Assembly: GCA_049852185.1 (NCBI GenBank)
Contig: CP187540.1
Reading direction: 5' to 3' (one strand)
DNA from: Methanocaldococcus sp. 28A
GTDB lineage: Archaea; AGJL01; Methanococci; Methanococcales; Methanocaldococcaceae
Length of the DNA: 64,000 bases
Part shown: positions 51,384-63,208 of the stretch, piece after piece
How positions within the stretch are numbered: the first letter of the stretch is position 1
Layout: each line of letters starts with the position of its first letter
The notes under the pieces: model-generated
Database searches by the model: none
What the model was told of the DNA's origin: nothing
The model's input: only the letters and a program-made list of their open reading frames with translations
Translations under genes and position numbers: made by a program

Positions 51384-52325
51384 TTAATTAAAAATCTTTG
51401 GATTTATCTTTCTATTTTCATTTTGTAATAACGCCACTCTACTATCTTCACTATCATCAATTAATTTATATGAGCTGTTTTCTTCTAACATCTTAGCTAA
51501 TTTTAGAATTTCATCATGTTGTAGCATATCTTCTTTTTTTAATCTTTTTTGTGAATAACCTACATGCATATATGACTTTAACTCAATGAAATGGACATCA
51601 GCTCTTTCATATAATTCTACAAACTTTAAAATGTCATCATTATAGCCCCTAATTAAAGTAGTTCTTATACAACTTCTTTTTTTCTCTTTTAAAATGTCTA
51701 AGGTATTTAAGATATTTTCCCAATACTCTTCCTTTCCTCCACATATTCTTCTATAGCTATCCAAATCATAGGCATCTAACGAGATATATAGCTGAGTAGG
51801 CTTTATTTTCTCAATAACCTCAGTTAAGATTCCATTTGAGACTACAAATGTTGTAAATCCATTCTTATGGAATATTTTTATTAATTCATCTAAGTATGGA
51901 TAAAGAGTAGGCTCTCCTGATAAAGATATAGCTACATGCTTTGGTTCTAAAGCCTCTTTAAATTTTTTCTCTCCAACTCTATCTAATACTCCTTTATATC
52001 CTAAAATTATTCTTCTATGCATCTCTAAGATTTTCTCATAAACAACTTCTGGCTCATCCCATTTTGGTTCTTTAATTTCTTTTATATTTATATCAATATC
52101 CATTGGCAAAACTCTCCAACAGAATATACAATTTTGCTGACACCAAATAACTGACGGTGTGCATTGAATACATCTATGTGTCTCAATACCATAAAATTTT
52201 GATTTATAGCAATTTTTATCTTCCAACATCTTTTTTCTAACCCATCCACATAGCTTAACTGCTGTGTGGTTGTCTATTTGATATCTCTGTTTCCTCAAAA
52301 TTTTGTAAATTTCTTCTGGAATCAT
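51384..52325 (-). CDS. taw1: 4-demethylwyosine synthase TYW1 (radical SAM)
   Basis: HTAVKLC, CYKSKFYGI, CQQNCIFCWR, SLSGEPTLYP. Confidence 0.95.
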   Translation of the reverse strand: MIPEEIYKILRKQRYQIDNHTAVKLCGWVRKKMLEDKNCYKSKFYGIETHRCIQCTPSVIWCQQNCIFCWRVLPMDIDINIKEIKEPKWDEPEVVYEKILEMHRRIILGYKGVLDRVGEKKFKEALEPKHVAISLSGEPTLYPYLDELIKIFHKNGFTTFVVSNGILTEVIEKIKPTQLYISLDAYDLDSYRRICGGKEEYWENILNTLDILKEKKRSCIRTTLIRGYNDDILKFVELYERADVHFIELKSYMHVGYSQKRLKKEDMLQHDEILKLAKMLEENSSYKLIDDSEDSRVALLQNENRKINPKIFN

Positions 52326-52329
52326 ATTC

Positions 52330-52899
52330 TCACTTTAAATTTTTTAAAGATTGCATAAATCTATACTTCAAAACAACAGGTGGAATCTCTATGTTAGGAC
52401 ATTTTTCATTGTATGGAATTGCTTTGGCAATAATAACTTTGCATTTATTTTCATTTAAAGCTCTTTTAAACTCTTTTTCGAATTCTTCTAAGCTATATGT
52501 TGTTATTGCATCTAAACCACAGCCCTTAGCTATCTCCTCTAAGTTCGTGTTTTTACTTGTGTGAGTTTTTTGATTACCTGTAGAACCATAAGTAGAATTA
52601 TCTATTATAACTAATATATAATTTTTTGGATTCATGTATCCTACTGTAGATAAAGAGCCGAGATTCATCAATATAGAGCCATCACCATCTATAACTATAA
52701 CTTTATCTTTACAATTTAAAGCCAATCCTAAGCCAATAGAAGAGGCTAATCCCATTGAACCAAGCATATAAAAGTTTCTTTCTCTATCTTTTATATAATA
52801 CAACTCTTTAGAAGGTATTCCAATATTGCTAACTATTATTTCTTTCTCTCCAACATTTTCAATAATCTTTTTAATTATGTCTATTCTCTTAGGATACAT
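52330..52899 (-). CDS. comE: Sulfopyruvate decarboxylase beta subunit
   Basis: NFYMLGSMG, DGDGSILMN TPP motif. Confidence 0.93.
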   Translation of the reverse strand: MYPKRIDIIKKIIENVGEKEIIVSNIGIPSKELYYIKDRERNFYMLGSMGLASSIGLGLALNCKDKVIVIDGDGSILMNLGSLSTVGYMNPKNYILVIIDNSTYGSTGNQKTHTSKNTNLEEIAKGCGLDAITTYSLEEFEKEFKRALNENKCKVIIAKAIPYNEKCPNIEIPPVVLKYRFMQSLKNLK

Positions 52900-52917
52900 G
52901 GTATCATCTCTTATTTT

Positions 52918-53427
52918 TTACTTTTCTAAATCATATTCCCAATATAACGCATCAAATAACAAAGCTACAGGATAAGATATTTTGTCCATATAGGAAGAAG
53001 CATATTTTATTAATTTATAAGCTTCTTCTGGAGTTTTTGGTTTATAGAATGGGATTTCACAAACATCTAACAGTTTTTCAATCCATCTTCCCATAGGTAT
53101 TTGAGCAGGTATTTGCTCTTTCAAATCTCCTCTATGGCTGATTATTAATAATGTAGGGATTTGGAAGGTTTTGTATAATGAAGCAATTGCATTTATTGAA
53201 TTTCCAATCCCTGAATTTTGTAGTAGTATTGCTGTTTTCTTTCCAGCCAAATAAGCTCCAGCACATATTCCAAAAGCTTCTTCTTCTCTTGTAGCTGGCA
53301 TATGGATGAGATTTTTATCTTCATCAATTAATTTTAACAAATTTTTTAGATTTGCACATGGAACAGAGCATATAAAATCTATCTTCGCCTCTTTTAAGGC
53401 ATTGTAGATTGCTAAGCTACCTCTCAT
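52918..53427 (-). CDS. comD: Sulfopyruvate decarboxylase alpha subunit
   Basis: SVPC, TREEEAFGICAG, QNSGIGNSINA. Confidence 0.93.
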   Translation of the reverse strand: MRGSLAIYNALKEAKIDFICSVPCANLKNLLKLIDEDKNLIHMPATREEEAFGICAGAYLAGKKTAILLQNSGIGNSINAIASLYKTFQIPTLLIISHRGDLKEQIPAQIPMGRWIEKLLDVCEIPFYKPKTPEEAYKLIKYASSYMDKISYPVALLFDALYWEYDLEK

Positions 53428-53584
53428 GTTATCCCTCTACTTTTTCTATTTGGAAATAAATCATAAAGAATATATACTTAATCTTGCTATTTACTATCAA
53501 ACTTTTTATAATTTTACAACATATTTATACTATAAGAAAAATCACATATAAAAAAATTTCTTAAAAGAAACTAAGGTGAAGTTT

Positions 53585-54340
53585 ATGAAAGCTTTTGAAT
53601 TCCTATATGAAGATTTTGACAGAGGATTGACAGTTGTGTTAGACAAAGGTTTGCCACCAAAATTTGTTGAGGATTATTTAAAAGTTTGTGGTGATTATAT
53701 AGATTTTGTAAAGTTTGGGTGGGGTACTTCTGCGGTTATTAATAGAGAGGTTGTTAAAGAAAAAATTAACTACTATAAAGATTTGGGCATTAAAGTTTAT
53801 CCTGGAGGAACATTATTTGAATATGCATACCTTAAAAACAAATTTGATGAATTTTTAAATGAATGTGAAAAACTTGGCTTTGAGGCTATTGAAATCTCTG
53901 ATGGTTCTTCAGATATAAGCTTAGAAGAAAGAAAAAAAGCTATAGAGAAAGCTAAAGATAACGGATTTATAGTTTTAACAGAAGTTGGTAAAAAATTGCC
54001 AGAGAAAGATAGACAATTAACTATAGAGGATAGAATTAAATTAATAAACTTTGATTTAGATGCTGGAGCAAATTACGTTATTATTGAAGGTAGAGAGAGC
54101 GGTAAATGTATAGGACTGTTTGATAAAGAGGGAAAGATAAAGGAAAAGGAATTAGACGTTTTAGCTAAAAATGTAGATATTAAGAAAGTTATCTTTGAAG
54201 CTCCACAAAAGAATCAGCAGGCAGCTTTTATATTAAAGTTTGGTAGTTCAGTTAATTTAGCAAATATTGCCTTTGATGAGGTTATAAGTTTAGAGACTTT
54301 GAGAAGAGGATTGAGAGGAGATACTTTCGGTAAATTATAA
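53585..54340 (+). CDS. comA: Phosphosulfolactate synthase
   Basis: GLTVVLDKG, KFGWGTS, EGRESG, ETLRRGLRGDT. Confidence 0.95.
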   Translation: MKAFEFLYEDFDRGLTVVLDKGLPPKFVEDYLKVCGDYIDFVKFGWGTSAVINREVVKEKINYYKDLGIKVYPGGTLFEYAYLKNKFDEFLNECEKLGFEAIEISDGSSDISLEERKKAIEKAKDNGFIVLTEVGKKLPEKDRQLTIEDRIKLINFDLDAGANYVIIEGRESGKCIGLFDKEGKIKEKELDVLAKNVDIKKVIFEAPQKNQQAAFILKFGSSVNLANIAFDEVISLETLRRGLRGDTFGKL

Positions 54341-54409
54341 ATTTAGATTACTATCTAAATTTTTTATTCTATATATAACTTATTTTATATGAATCTTTTT
54401 CAAATGTAT

Positions 54410-54482
54410 ATTTATAGCTTAATGCCCTTCCAAAAAGAAGAAGTTCATTAATTTTAATAATTAAGATATTTTTGAACTTATA
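54410..54482. repeat. Heavily degenerate family A-like remnant
   Basis: AATGCCCTTCC...TTAAGATATTTTTGAAC resembles AATGCCTTCC...TTAAGATAGTTTTGCAC. Confidence 0.4.
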
Positions 54483-54516
54483 ATCTCTCGAAGCTAAAGC
54501 TATAAATGTGATAACT

Positions 54517-55953
54517 ATGAAAACATACATTGGAAAGATTCACTTAAAATGGTGTAAAAATTGTAATATTCCATTATTGGGAAGAGTTTGTGAAGTTTGT
54601 GGCTCAAAAGCTGAAGAAGTAAAATTAACACCCCCTGGAGATCCAAGATTAGGATTTCAATATGATATTGACTTTATAAATAAAGTTATAGAGGAAGAAT
54701 TTGGAGCAAAAAATGTATTAAATGGAAAAATTATTTTGCTAAATAAACTTCCTGGAAATGAGGAAGCTTATGAAGTTATAGTTGATGGTGAAGTCAAATA
54801 TTTAATTTACTTTGATGAAAATAAAGAAAGATGGAAAATTAAGTTAAAATTAAATGGTGCAAAGGATTTGATAAAAAAAGGAGCTTACAAAAAAATAATT
54901 AAAATAAAGAATGATGTTGTGGAGGTTTTGAAAAATAAAAAAGGTTCTGTTTTAAGACCAGGAATAATTGAATTTACAGATGACATTGAAGAGAGAGATG
55001 ATGTAATAATAGTTGATGAATATGATAGGGCTGTTGGTGTTGGATTGGCTGTTGTTTCTTCTGAAGATATAAAAAATATGGAAAAAGGTAAAGTTGTTAA
55101 GGTTAGATTTTTTATTAAAGATGATGAAGAAAATTATGAAACTGGAAAGAGTTATGATAGCTTAGAAAAGGCATTTAATTTAATGGTTAGAGCAAATAAA
55201 GGAGTTATAGATACATTTGAAAGAAATGCTCTTGGATTTATAAAAAACACTTATGAAAGAATAAAAAAGCCAGTTATGGTGGCATTTTCTGGTGGAAAAG
55301 ATAGCTTAACCACATTAATTTTAACATTAAAAGCTTTAGGAAAGAACATTGATGTTATATTTGTTGATACTGGATTAGAATTTGAAGAGACATTAAAAAA
55401 TATTGAAGATGTTGAAAAGCATTATGGCATTAAAATAATAAAATTAAAAGGAGAGGATTTCTGGGAGAAAGTTAAAGAATATGGCATTCCTGCAAGAGAT
55501 TATAGGTGGTGCTCTGATGTTTGTAAATTAGAGCCATTAAAAAAATTTATTGAGGAGAATTATGAGAATGATGTTTTAGCATTTGTTGGAGTTAGGAAAT
55601 ACGAGAGCTTTAATAGAGCCACTAAAAAAAGAGTTCATAGAAATACATACATTAAAAAACAAATAAACGCTCTCCCAATATTCCATTGGACTACTTTACA
55701 TGTCTGGATATATTTATTAAGAGAAAAAGCACCATATAATAAATTGTATGAGAAAGGTTTTGATAGAATTGGTTGTTTCATGTGTCCAGCAATGGAAATG
55801 GGAGAAATGAATAAAATAAAGAAAGAATTCCCAGAGTTGTGGAAAAAATGGGAAAAAATTTTGAGAGAATATGCTGAGAAACATAACTTAGGAGAAGATT
55901 GGATAAATAAGGGACTATGGAGATGGAGGCATAAAAAAGGTGACAAAGAATGA
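54517..55953 (+). CDS. PAPS-reductase family protein with Zn-ribbon and PUA domains
   Basis: WC..CN.P..C..C, PUA region, FSGGKDS, RWCSDVCK, RIGCFMCP. Confidence 0.88.
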   Translation: MKTYIGKIHLKWCKNCNIPLLGRVCEVCGSKAEEVKLTPPGDPRLGFQYDIDFINKVIEEEFGAKNVLNGKIILLNKLPGNEEAYEVIVDGEVKYLIYFDENKERWKIKLKLNGAKDLIKKGAYKKIIKIKNDVVEVLKNKKGSVLRPGIIEFTDDIEERDDVIIVDEYDRAVGVGLAVVSSEDIKNMEKGKVVKVRFFIKDDEENYETGKSYDSLEKAFNLMVRANKGVIDTFERNALGFIKNTYERIKKPVMVAFSGGKDSLTTLILTLKALGKNIDVIFVDTGLEFEETLKNIEDVEKHYGIKIIKLKGEDFWEKVKEYGIPARDYRWCSDVCKLEPLKKFIEENYENDVLAFVGVRKYESFNRATKKRVHRNTYIKKQINALPIFHWTTLHVWIYLLREKAPYNKLYEKGFDRIGCFMCPAMEMGEMNKIKKEFPELWKKWEKILREYAEKHNLGEDWINKGLWRWRHKKGDKE

Positions 55954-57041
55954 ATATTGGTGTTGTAGTTCATGGTCCTGAGATTGTGGATAGCGGATAT
56001 GCATTAAAGATTATAAATTTATTAAAAAAATTTGGAAATGTTAAAGCTAAATTAGGAGGCACTATGGGGAAAGTGGCAGTTATAGACAACAACTTACAAG
56101 ATATTATTGACATCTCAGAAAAATTGATGCCATCCCAATCATTAAAAAAATTGGCAGATAATGATATATTAATTTTAATGAACTATGGAAAATCAAAGAT
56201 TACTGGACATACTTTTGGAAAGATTGTTGTTGAAAAATCAAATATAAAAAAACCAATAATTCAGATTGAGAGACCTGGAGAAAAGGATGGAACTATAATT
56301 ATTTGGAATTATGATGGTTCAAAAGTTGTTGAAGATATTGCTAACTATTTATCAAAAGAATTAAATTTAAAGATTGAGAGATGTATAAGTAATGGCTTGG
56401 AGGTTTGGGAAGAAAATGGAAAAATATTTAGGAAAGTTCATGGTGTTGATGTAGGTGAGGCAATATTGGTTAATGGTATTGTTGTTGGAAAAGCTAAAAG
56501 TAGTGAGGTTATTTTAGTTGCTGAGAATGGCAGGATAGTTGATATTATTGGAGGAGAATTAAAAAAAGGAGGAGTTGAAAAATTAACGAATATTGATTTA
56601 AAAAAAGCTGTAATAAAAACAGGAATTTTGAGAAGGCATCCAACAAAACCAAAAATTAAGAATAAAGAGACTGATAAAGGATATGTATTAATTGTTAATC
56701 ACGCTGGAGAGGATGTTATTGAACTGGTTAAAAATAAGGATGTTTTAGCAGTAATAACAATTGGAGATGACACTACAACAATTTGTGGAGATATTTTAGC
56801 AAGATTTGGTATAAAAATTTTGGGCATAACTGATGGGGATAAAGACAATATATTAAAGAATCCTGTTATATTAAAAGGTTCTGTGATATTCTTAATTAAA
56901 AACATGAGAGATGACGACGCTGGGGAAATCTTAAAGAAAAATCTAAATTTAGATAAAAAATATTCTTATGATGGGCTTTTAAATGAGATTAAAAAAATAT
57001 TTAACAATAATAACATCTTTTACAAAGAATTTATCTATTAA
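55950..57041 (+). CDS. DUF2117 family methanogen protein
   Basis: VVHGPEIVDSG, GDDTT, GITDGD. Confidence 0.8.
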   Translation: MNIGVVVHGPEIVDSGYALKIINLLKKFGNVKAKLGGTMGKVAVIDNNLQDIIDISEKLMPSQSLKKLADNDILILMNYGKSKITGHTFGKIVVEKSNIKKPIIQIERPGEKDGTIIIWNYDGSKVVEDIANYLSKELNLKIERCISNGLEVWEENGKIFRKVHGVDVGEAILVNGIVVGKAKSSEVILVAENGRIVDIIGGELKKGGVEKLTNIDLKKAVIKTGILRRHPTKPKIKNKETDKGYVLIVNHAGEDVIELVKNKDVLAVITIGDDTTTICGDILARFGIKILGITDGDKDNILKNPVILKGSVIFLIKNMRDDDAGEILKKNLNLDKKYSYDGLLNEIKKIFNNNNIFYKEFIY

Positions 57042-57674
57042 TTAATCCCTAAATACCTCAATAATCTCTGAAATTGGGATTGCTCCTTCCCTAATTGGAG
57101 TTATTTTATTGTTTTCTATTTTGATAATTGTAGAAGGTTTTGAATATTTGCATTTACCTATATCTACTATATAATCTACTTTTTTTAATATTTCTCCATC
57201 TATATCATCTAAAGATGTAGGGCTTTCCTTTCCAGATATATTTGCAGATGTTGTTGTTAATGGCACTATAGATAGCTCTCTAATAACAGGCTCATCTGGA
57301 ATTCTTATACCAATGTAATCTTTAGCTACAATGTCTGGAATTAATGGTTTTTTCTTTAAAATTATCGTTAAAGGACCTGGTAGATATTTATCTATAATTT
57401 TTTTAGCCAACTCATTTATATAAGCATATTTTTCAATCTCTTTTTTATCTTTAACACATATTGATAACGGCTTATTGAAATCTCTTTTCTTTATTTCATA
57501 AACTTTTTTTACTGCATATTCATCTAAGGCGTTTGCTGAAATACCATATAATGTGTCAGTCCCACAGATAATAATCTTTCCATTTAATATCTCCTTTTTT
57601 AAAAAATTTAATATATTTTCCCTTTCCTTCTCATCAAGTTCATAAATTTTTATTATTTTATTTTTCAATTTCAT
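57042..57674 (-). CDS. L-threonylcarbamoyladenylate synthase (Sua5/TsaC)
   Basis: TDTLYG, KKRDFNKPL, PGPLT, TTSANISG, PSTII. Confidence 0.93.
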   Translation of the reverse strand: MKLKNKIIKIYELDEKERENILNFLKKEILNGKIIICGTDTLYGISANALDEYAVKKVYEIKKRDFNKPLSICVKDKKEIEKYAYINELAKKIIDKYLPGPLTIILKKKPLIPDIVAKDYIGIRIPDEPVIRELSIVPLTTTSANISGKESPTSLDDIDGEILKKVDYIVDIGKCKYSKPSTIIKIENNKITPIREGAIPISEIIEVFRD

Positions 57675-57868
57675 TGTATCTCCCTTTTAAAATTATAGAG
57701 CTTTTGCAGAAATTAGTGAATTAGTTTTAGTTTATATTATTATATTGATATCTAAAATTCCAGATATTAAATCATAATAATTAAAGTAATCTCAATTGAT
57801 GATGAGTGAAACTATTTATAAAAAGTTTAGTAATTAATTACATAAAATATGAATTTAAGGGAGATATT

Positions 57869-58714
57869 ATGTTGAGAGGTAAAGAAGCAACTTTAGCTGG
57901 GATAATAAGAGTTATCATTGAAGAAGAGCCAGAAACACAGGATGAAATAGCTGAGAAACTTGGAATTAGTAGAAGATACGTTGCTAAGCTTTTAAAGCCA
58001 TTGATTGATGAGAAGATAGTTAAACATCCATATGTTGTAGATATGAGTAAATTGCATAAAATAAATTTAGAATTTGATGAATATATCTTAATGAAAGAGA
58101 TAAAAACAACCTTAGAAAAGATGGAAAAAACTCTTTTAAATAACTTGGATTTAGTTTATACTGCTTTAAAAAATAACGATAAAAAATTAGCTGAAGATAT
58201 AATCATTAAAGATTATGCCCTAAACAAAATGGAGGAAGAGATTAGAATGCTCTTAGGAATGAATGCTTTAAAATATTTGCCAGGAGCTTATGCTAATGCC
58301 TTTGCTACTATAGCCTCAAATCTTGAAAGATTGGGAGATTATATAGCAAACATTGCTGAAGAGGTAGTTCATGGGCTTAGAGTATATGAGGATATTGAGA
58401 ATGAAGTTGAAGAAATCTTTAATATCCTTAGAGAGATGCTAACTGAGGCAATAGATGTTGTTAAAAGTAAGAGGAAAGAAACAAAAATACATGAGCTTGA
58501 AGAGCAGTTGCATAAAAATCTTGAGCTATTGCTAAACAAAGTCTTAAAAAACAAAAGAGAGGATTTAAACTTCTATGTTCAATTTGGTATGTTTTTAAAA
58601 GATATTGAGAGATTTGGAGATAGATGTGTGAATATTGTAGATATTGCTTTAGAATTATATCATAATATACCAAGAAGTCCTATACCTGAGAGGTTGAAAA
58701 GGGGAATGTTATGA
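57869..58714 (+). CDS. PhoU-domain protein with N-terminal HTH
   Basis: [16 protein letters not shown] plus [12 protein letters not shown] and DIERFGD repeats. Confidence 0.85.
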   Translation: MLRGKEATLAGIIRVIIEEEPETQDEIAEKLGISRRYVAKLLKPLIDEKIVKHPYVVDMSKLHKINLEFDEYILMKEIKTTLEKMEKTLLNNLDLVYTALKNNDKKLAEDIIIKDYALNKMEEEIRMLLGMNALKYLPGAYANAFATIASNLERLGDYIANIAEEVVHGLRVYEDIENEVEEIFNILREMLTEAIDVVKSKRKETKIHELEEQLHKNLELLLNKVLKNKREDLNFYVQFGMFLKDIERFGDRCVNIVDIALELYHNIPRSPIPERLKRGML

Positions 58715-59328
58715 GGGAGTTTATATTTAAAGCAAATAAAACAGTAACATCATCAGATATAAATTTAAAAGATTTACCAGGAAGTTGTGGAAGGTTAGAC
58801 TTATTATGTAGATGTGTTAGCGATGCATTCTTTTTATCACATGATATAAGGAGGGATGTAATTTTTTATGCGGTTTTATATGGAAAGCCTAATCCACCAG
58901 TTTGTATAAAGTTTGTTGGTAGTGAATTAAAAAAGGTTTCACCAGATGAGAGAAATATAGCTATATTTATAAAAAAAGCCCTTAAAAAATTTGAAGAACT
59001 TGATGAAGATGAAAGAAAGAGCTGGAATCTATCAACACCAGGAATTTATGTAAAGAGATTAGGATTTAGAGATTTAATTTTAGAAAAAATCAATAAAGGA
59101 AAAAATATCTATTATTTACATAAAAATGGAGAAGATGTTGAAAATGTTGAGATAGAAAATCCAGTTTTTATACTTGGAGACCACATAGGAATTGGAGAAG
59201 AGGATGAGAAATTTTTAGATAAGATTAAAGCTAAAAAAATATCCTTATCACCATTAGAGTTGCATGCAAATCATTGTATAACTATAATACATAATGTTTT
59301 GGATAAAAAGAATACTATATCCTTTTAA
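58711..59328 (+). CDS. trmY: tRNA (pseudouridine54-N1)-methyltransferase
   Basis: [34 protein letters not shown]. Confidence 0.93.
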   Translation: MREFIFKANKTVTSSDINLKDLPGSCGRLDLLCRCVSDAFFLSHDIRRDVIFYAVLYGKPNPPVCIKFVGSELKKVSPDERNIAIFIKKALKKFEELDEDERKSWNLSTPGIYVKRLGFRDLILEKINKGKNIYYLHKNGEDVENVEIENPVFILGDHIGIGEEDEKFLDKIKAKKISLSPLELHANHCITIIHNVLDKKNTISF

Positions 59329-59771
59329 CGATAATGACGAATATTATTAAAACATAACATAGACATTTCCTTATCCTCTCCACATATCGGGACTACCATA
59401 TCTATACATTTTGAGGAAAGTATATCATTGCTTATAAATTCATTAAATGATTTTATTTATAACAATTATATATCCTTCAAGACTTTATTCCTTCCCATTT
59501 TTTTCCTATTTTTTTTAGTAACTTTATTCTTTTCTATATAATAATATGACGTTTTTTAAAATAAGTAAAATATATGGTTATAATACTTAACCAAGATATT
59601 TTGTTCTAATAATAATAAAAAAAACCCATTTGTAACATATTTAAAAAATTAAATGCCTATATTTATATTTTTAAAGAGATATTAGCTTATATGGGCTTAT
59701 ATAAAACAAAATAATGATAGTTGAGTTAGTAAATATATCATTAGAGTGGTATTACTTTGGAGGTGAATTTT

Positions 59772-61001
59772 GTGACTAATAGAATAGAAATATCGCCTAC
59801 AACAAGACATGAGGGACATGCTAAATTGATTTTAGAGGTCAATGAAGAAGGGATTGTAAATAAAGCATACTACTTAAATACAACCCCAGTTAGAGGATTT
59901 GAAACAATGTTAAAGGGCAAGCCAGCAGAGTTTGCTCCAATTGCTGTCATGAGAATCTGTGGAATTTGTCAAACTACCCACGGAATTGCTTCTTGTGAAG
60001 CTATAGAAAATGCAATTGAGTGTGAAATTCCAGATGATGGACTATTGTTGAGGGAATTGGTAGGTATTGGAAATAGATTACATTCTCATACATTACATCA
60101 TTTATTAACAATTGATGATTTCTTAAAACCAGAGGAAGCAGAGAAAAAGATTGAATTAATAAAATTAATTCAGAGAATGAGAAAAGTAGGACAATTAGTT
60201 GTAGATATTGTAGGAGGAGAAGGAATACATCCACCAAACATTGTAATTGGTGGAATGAGAACAAACATAACAGAGAGAGCTAAATCAAAGCTATATTATG
60301 CTTTAAGGCAGTTTGAAAAAGACGCCTATGAATTATATGAAAAATACACTGAATTAATTGAAAGATACTTAGAGGAAGTAGGAATACCTGACTTAGGGGC
60401 TCATGAATATCCATATATAGCTACACATACCACTTATGGAGATAGATATGCTATAAACTGGGATGATGTAACTGAAATACCTGCTCAAAGATACTATGAG
60501 GATGAAGAGGCAAGACAGACCACAACAGTTCAAATTCCTTTATATGCAGGAGTTCCTGCTGAAGGAGGTCCAAGAGCAAGAATGGTTAAATTTGGTAACT
60601 TTAGAGCAGGAGGTAGTGCTTTAGACATCAATATTGCAAGAGCTCAAGAAAACTTTGGAGCAGTTTATAGAGCTTTAGAGATTTTAGATGAATTGAATAT
60701 AAACGGAAAGACAAGAGCTGAGGTTGTATATAAGGATGGATTTGGGATAGGTGTTCATGAAGCTCCAAGAGCTACAAACACACACATGGCTGAAGTAGGA
60801 AAGGATGGAAAAATTAAGAGCTATAGGATTATAGCGGCATCAACTTGGAACTTCCCAATTGTTGAGAAGGCAATTGAGGGCTATCCGCATCAGTATGCTG
60901 AAGTTATAATGAGAGCTTATGACATATGAGCTTCATGTGCTACCCATATAATTGTTAAAGATGAAGAGACAAGAGATATCATTGAAGTAAGAAAGTTATA
61001 A
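59772..61001 (+). CDS. fruA: F420-reducing [NiFeSe] hydrogenase alpha subunit (selenoprotein)
   Basis: RICGICQ; TGA at 60927-60929 read as Sec gives RAYDI-U-ASCATH and 23 more codons to TAA; SECIS follows. Confidence 0.95.
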
Positions 61002-61035
61002 GCCTCAAGGGGAACCCGAAAGGGACCCGAGAGGC
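61002..61035 (+). promoter_or_regulatory. Archaeal SECIS element
   Basis: GCCTC-aa-GGG-GAA-CCC-GAAA-GGG-A-CCC-ga-GAGGC: GAA/A internal loop and 3 C-G pairs, in the 3' UTR of fruA. Confidence 0.93.
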
Positions 61036-61079
61036 ATATTCTTTGGGGATTTAAAATTAAAATCTTAAAAAAAATAAAA

Positions 61080-61643
61080 ATGAATGAAACTATGAAAGAT
61101 AAAATAAAAGATTATAATAAAGATTATAATGATGAATTGTTTGATTTAACACCGTCCTATCTAAAAAAAGAAATTATGGTATTAGCCTGTGGAAATATAT
61201 TATTTGCTGATGATGGCTTTAGCGTTCATGTCATTGAAAAATTGAATAAAGTCTTAACTGAAAAAGAAAAAGAGAAAATAGCTTTAGTCGATGCTGGAGC
61301 TGGAGCTCCTCAGCAGGTTTTAACATTGATAGATGAAAGCTCAAAAACAAAAAAGATAATTGTCATTGATGTAATTGATTGGGGACTAAAACCTGGAGAA
61401 ATAAAAATAATTGAAAAAGATGAGCTCCCAAATCCAAAATACAATAGATTAGATTCCCATGCATGGCCTTTAGCCCCTCTATTGAGAGAAGTTGCCGAAA
61501 AATACAATATAGAAGTTAAAGTTGTTGGCTGTCAGGCTAAATACATCTCTGAACCTGATGTATATATTGGATTGAGTGAAGAAGTTGAAAAAGCAGTTGA
61601 TAAGGCAGTGGATATAGTTCTTAGAGAGTTAAGAGGTGATTAA
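61080..61643 (+). CDS. fruD: Hydrogenase maturation protease
   Basis: [22 protein letters not shown]. Confidence 0.9.
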   Translation: MNETMKDKIKDYNKDYNDELFDLTPSYLKKEIMVLACGNILFADDGFSVHVIEKLNKVLTEKEKEKIALVDAGAGAPQQVLTLIDESSKTKKIIVIDVIDWGLKPGEIKIIEKDELPNPKYNRLDSHAWPLAPLLREVAEKYNIEVKVVGCQAKYISEPDVYIGLSEEVEKAVDKAVDIVLRELRGD

Positions 61644-61644
61644 A

Positions 61645-62328
61645 GTGGTTAAAGTTGCTCACATCCAATTGTGCAGTTGTTGTGGTTGTTTAATTTCTTT
61701 GGCAGATACCTATGAAAAGCTTTTGGATGTTTTGAATTCAATTGAGTTAGTTTATTGCCAAACTTTAGCAGATGCAAGAGAGATTCCCGAATGTGACATT
61801 GCTTTAGTTGAAGGTTCAGTATGTTTAGATGACCACCATTCATTGGAAGTTGCTAAGGAAGTTAGAGAAAAAGCAAAGATTGTTGTAGCTTTAGGAGCTT
61901 GTGCCGCAACTGGTGGAGTTACAAGATACTGTAGAGGAAACCAATTATCAAAGCCAGTTCATAGTTCATTCTCTCCATTAACTGAAGTTATTAAAGTAGA
62001 TTTAGCAATTCCAGGTTGCCCACCATCACCAGAGGCAATTGTTTCAGTAATAACAGCTGCGTTAAATGGAGATATGGAATATTTACAACCATTTGCTGAA
62101 TTAGCAGAAAAAGGAAGTGAAGCATGTGGATGTGATGTAATATATAAAGTAGTTAATAAATCCCTATGTATGGGATGTGGAACATGTGCTTCAGCATGTC
62201 CAACAAGAGCTATAGAGATGTTGGATGGAAGACCAAACGTCTTAAAAGAGCTCTGTATTAAATGTGGAGCTTGCTCAGTTCAGTGTCCAAGAATTAGATT
62301 CCCAGAGTTAATTGAGAAGATTGAATAA
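61645..62328 (+). CDS. fruG: F420-reducing hydrogenase gamma subunit
   Basis: [25 protein letters not shown]-terminal ferredoxin motifs. Confidence 0.93.
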   Translation: MVKVAHIQLCSCCGCLISLADTYEKLLDVLNSIELVYCQTLADAREIPECDIALVEGSVCLDDHHSLEVAKEVREKAKIVVALGACAATGGVTRYCRGNQLSKPVHSSFSPLTEVIKVDLAIPGCPPSPEAIVSVITAALNGDMEYLQPFAELAEKGSEACGCDVIYKVVNKSLCMGCGTCASACPTRAIEMLDGRPNVLKELCIKCGACSVQCPRIRFPELIEKIE

Positions 62329-62359
62329 AATAATTATAATTTTTTTGAGGTGGAATGGG

Positions 62360-63208
62360 ATGAATCCTTTTGGAACTTATAAAAAAGTAGTTTCAGCAAG
62401 AAGTACATTAAAAGAAGTTTTAAAGAAAGCACAGGATGGAGGAATTGTTTCAACAGCTTTTATTTATGGTTTAGAGAATAATTTGTTGGATGGAGTTATA
62501 GTTGCAGACAATGCTGGAGAATTTAAAGCCATTCCAAAAGTAGCTACAACACCAGAAGAAGTTTTAGAAGCAGCAGGAACAAAATATACTGTCTGCCCTA
62601 ATATATCAGTATTAAAGAGTGCTGTTAGAGAATATGGATGTGAGAAAATTGGAGTTGTAGGAACACCATGCCAAGTTAGAGCTGTAAGGAAGTTAATGAA
62701 ATATCCTATTGGTTTTAGGCACGTTCCAGATAAAATTGCTTTAATCATTGGAATCTTCTGTATGGAGAACTTCCCATACAATGGATTAAAGTTAATTGTT
62801 GAAGAACACTGTGGAGTTAAGATGGAAGATGTCGTTAAAATGGATATTGGAAAGGGTAAGTTTTGGGTCTATACAAAATGGGGTGAAACAAAAGCAATTA
62901 AATTAAAAGAAACTCATCCTTATGAACAAATCGCTTGCCACGTTTGTACAGATTATACTGCAGAATTGGCAGATATTTCAACAGGTTCAGTTGGAAGCCC
63001 AGATGGATGGAGTACTGTATTTATAAGAACTGCTAAGGGAGAAGAAATATTTAACAAAATGGTAGAAGATGGTTATTTAGAAGTTAAGCCAATAGATGAA
63101 GTTAAACCAGGTTTAGGTTTGGTTAAAAAATTGTCTTTAACTAAGAAAGAGAAAAATATGAAGGAAATCGAGCATAGGCGAGAGTTAGGATTACCAGTAC
63201 CTTACTAA
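62360..63208 (+). CDS. fruB: F420-reducing hydrogenase beta subunit
   Basis: [42 protein letters not shown]. Confidence 0.93.
   Translation: MNPFGTYKKVVSARSTLKEVLKKAQDGGIVSTAFIYGLENNLLDGVIVADNAGEFKAIPKVATTPEEVLEAAGTKYTVCPNISVLKSAVREYGCEKIGVVGTPCQVRAVRKLMKYPIGFRHVPDKIALIIGIFCMENFPYNGLKLIVEEHCGVKMEDVVKMDIGKGKFWVYTKWGETKAIKLKETHPYEQIACHVCTDYTAELADISTGSVGSPDGWSTVFIRTAKGEEIFNKMVEDGYLEVKPIDEVKPGLGLVKKLSLTKKEKNMKEIEHRRELGLPVPY

Noticed and set aside
52330-53427. Split comD and comE as a broken gene
   Set aside because: Separate alpha and beta subunits are normal, and both are intact.
59330-59560. Possible decayed ORF or C/D-box sRNA downstream of trmY
   Set aside because: Frames are short with no recognisable motif; the ATGACGA box has no matching CTGA D box at a suitable distance.
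2743-62781. Many 60-205 aa ORFs antisense to well-supported genes (e.g. 2743, 5694, 12709, 31233, 42724, 45402, 62464)
   Set aside because: Ser/Phe/Ile-rich shadow frames produced by codon bias; no RBS or motifs.
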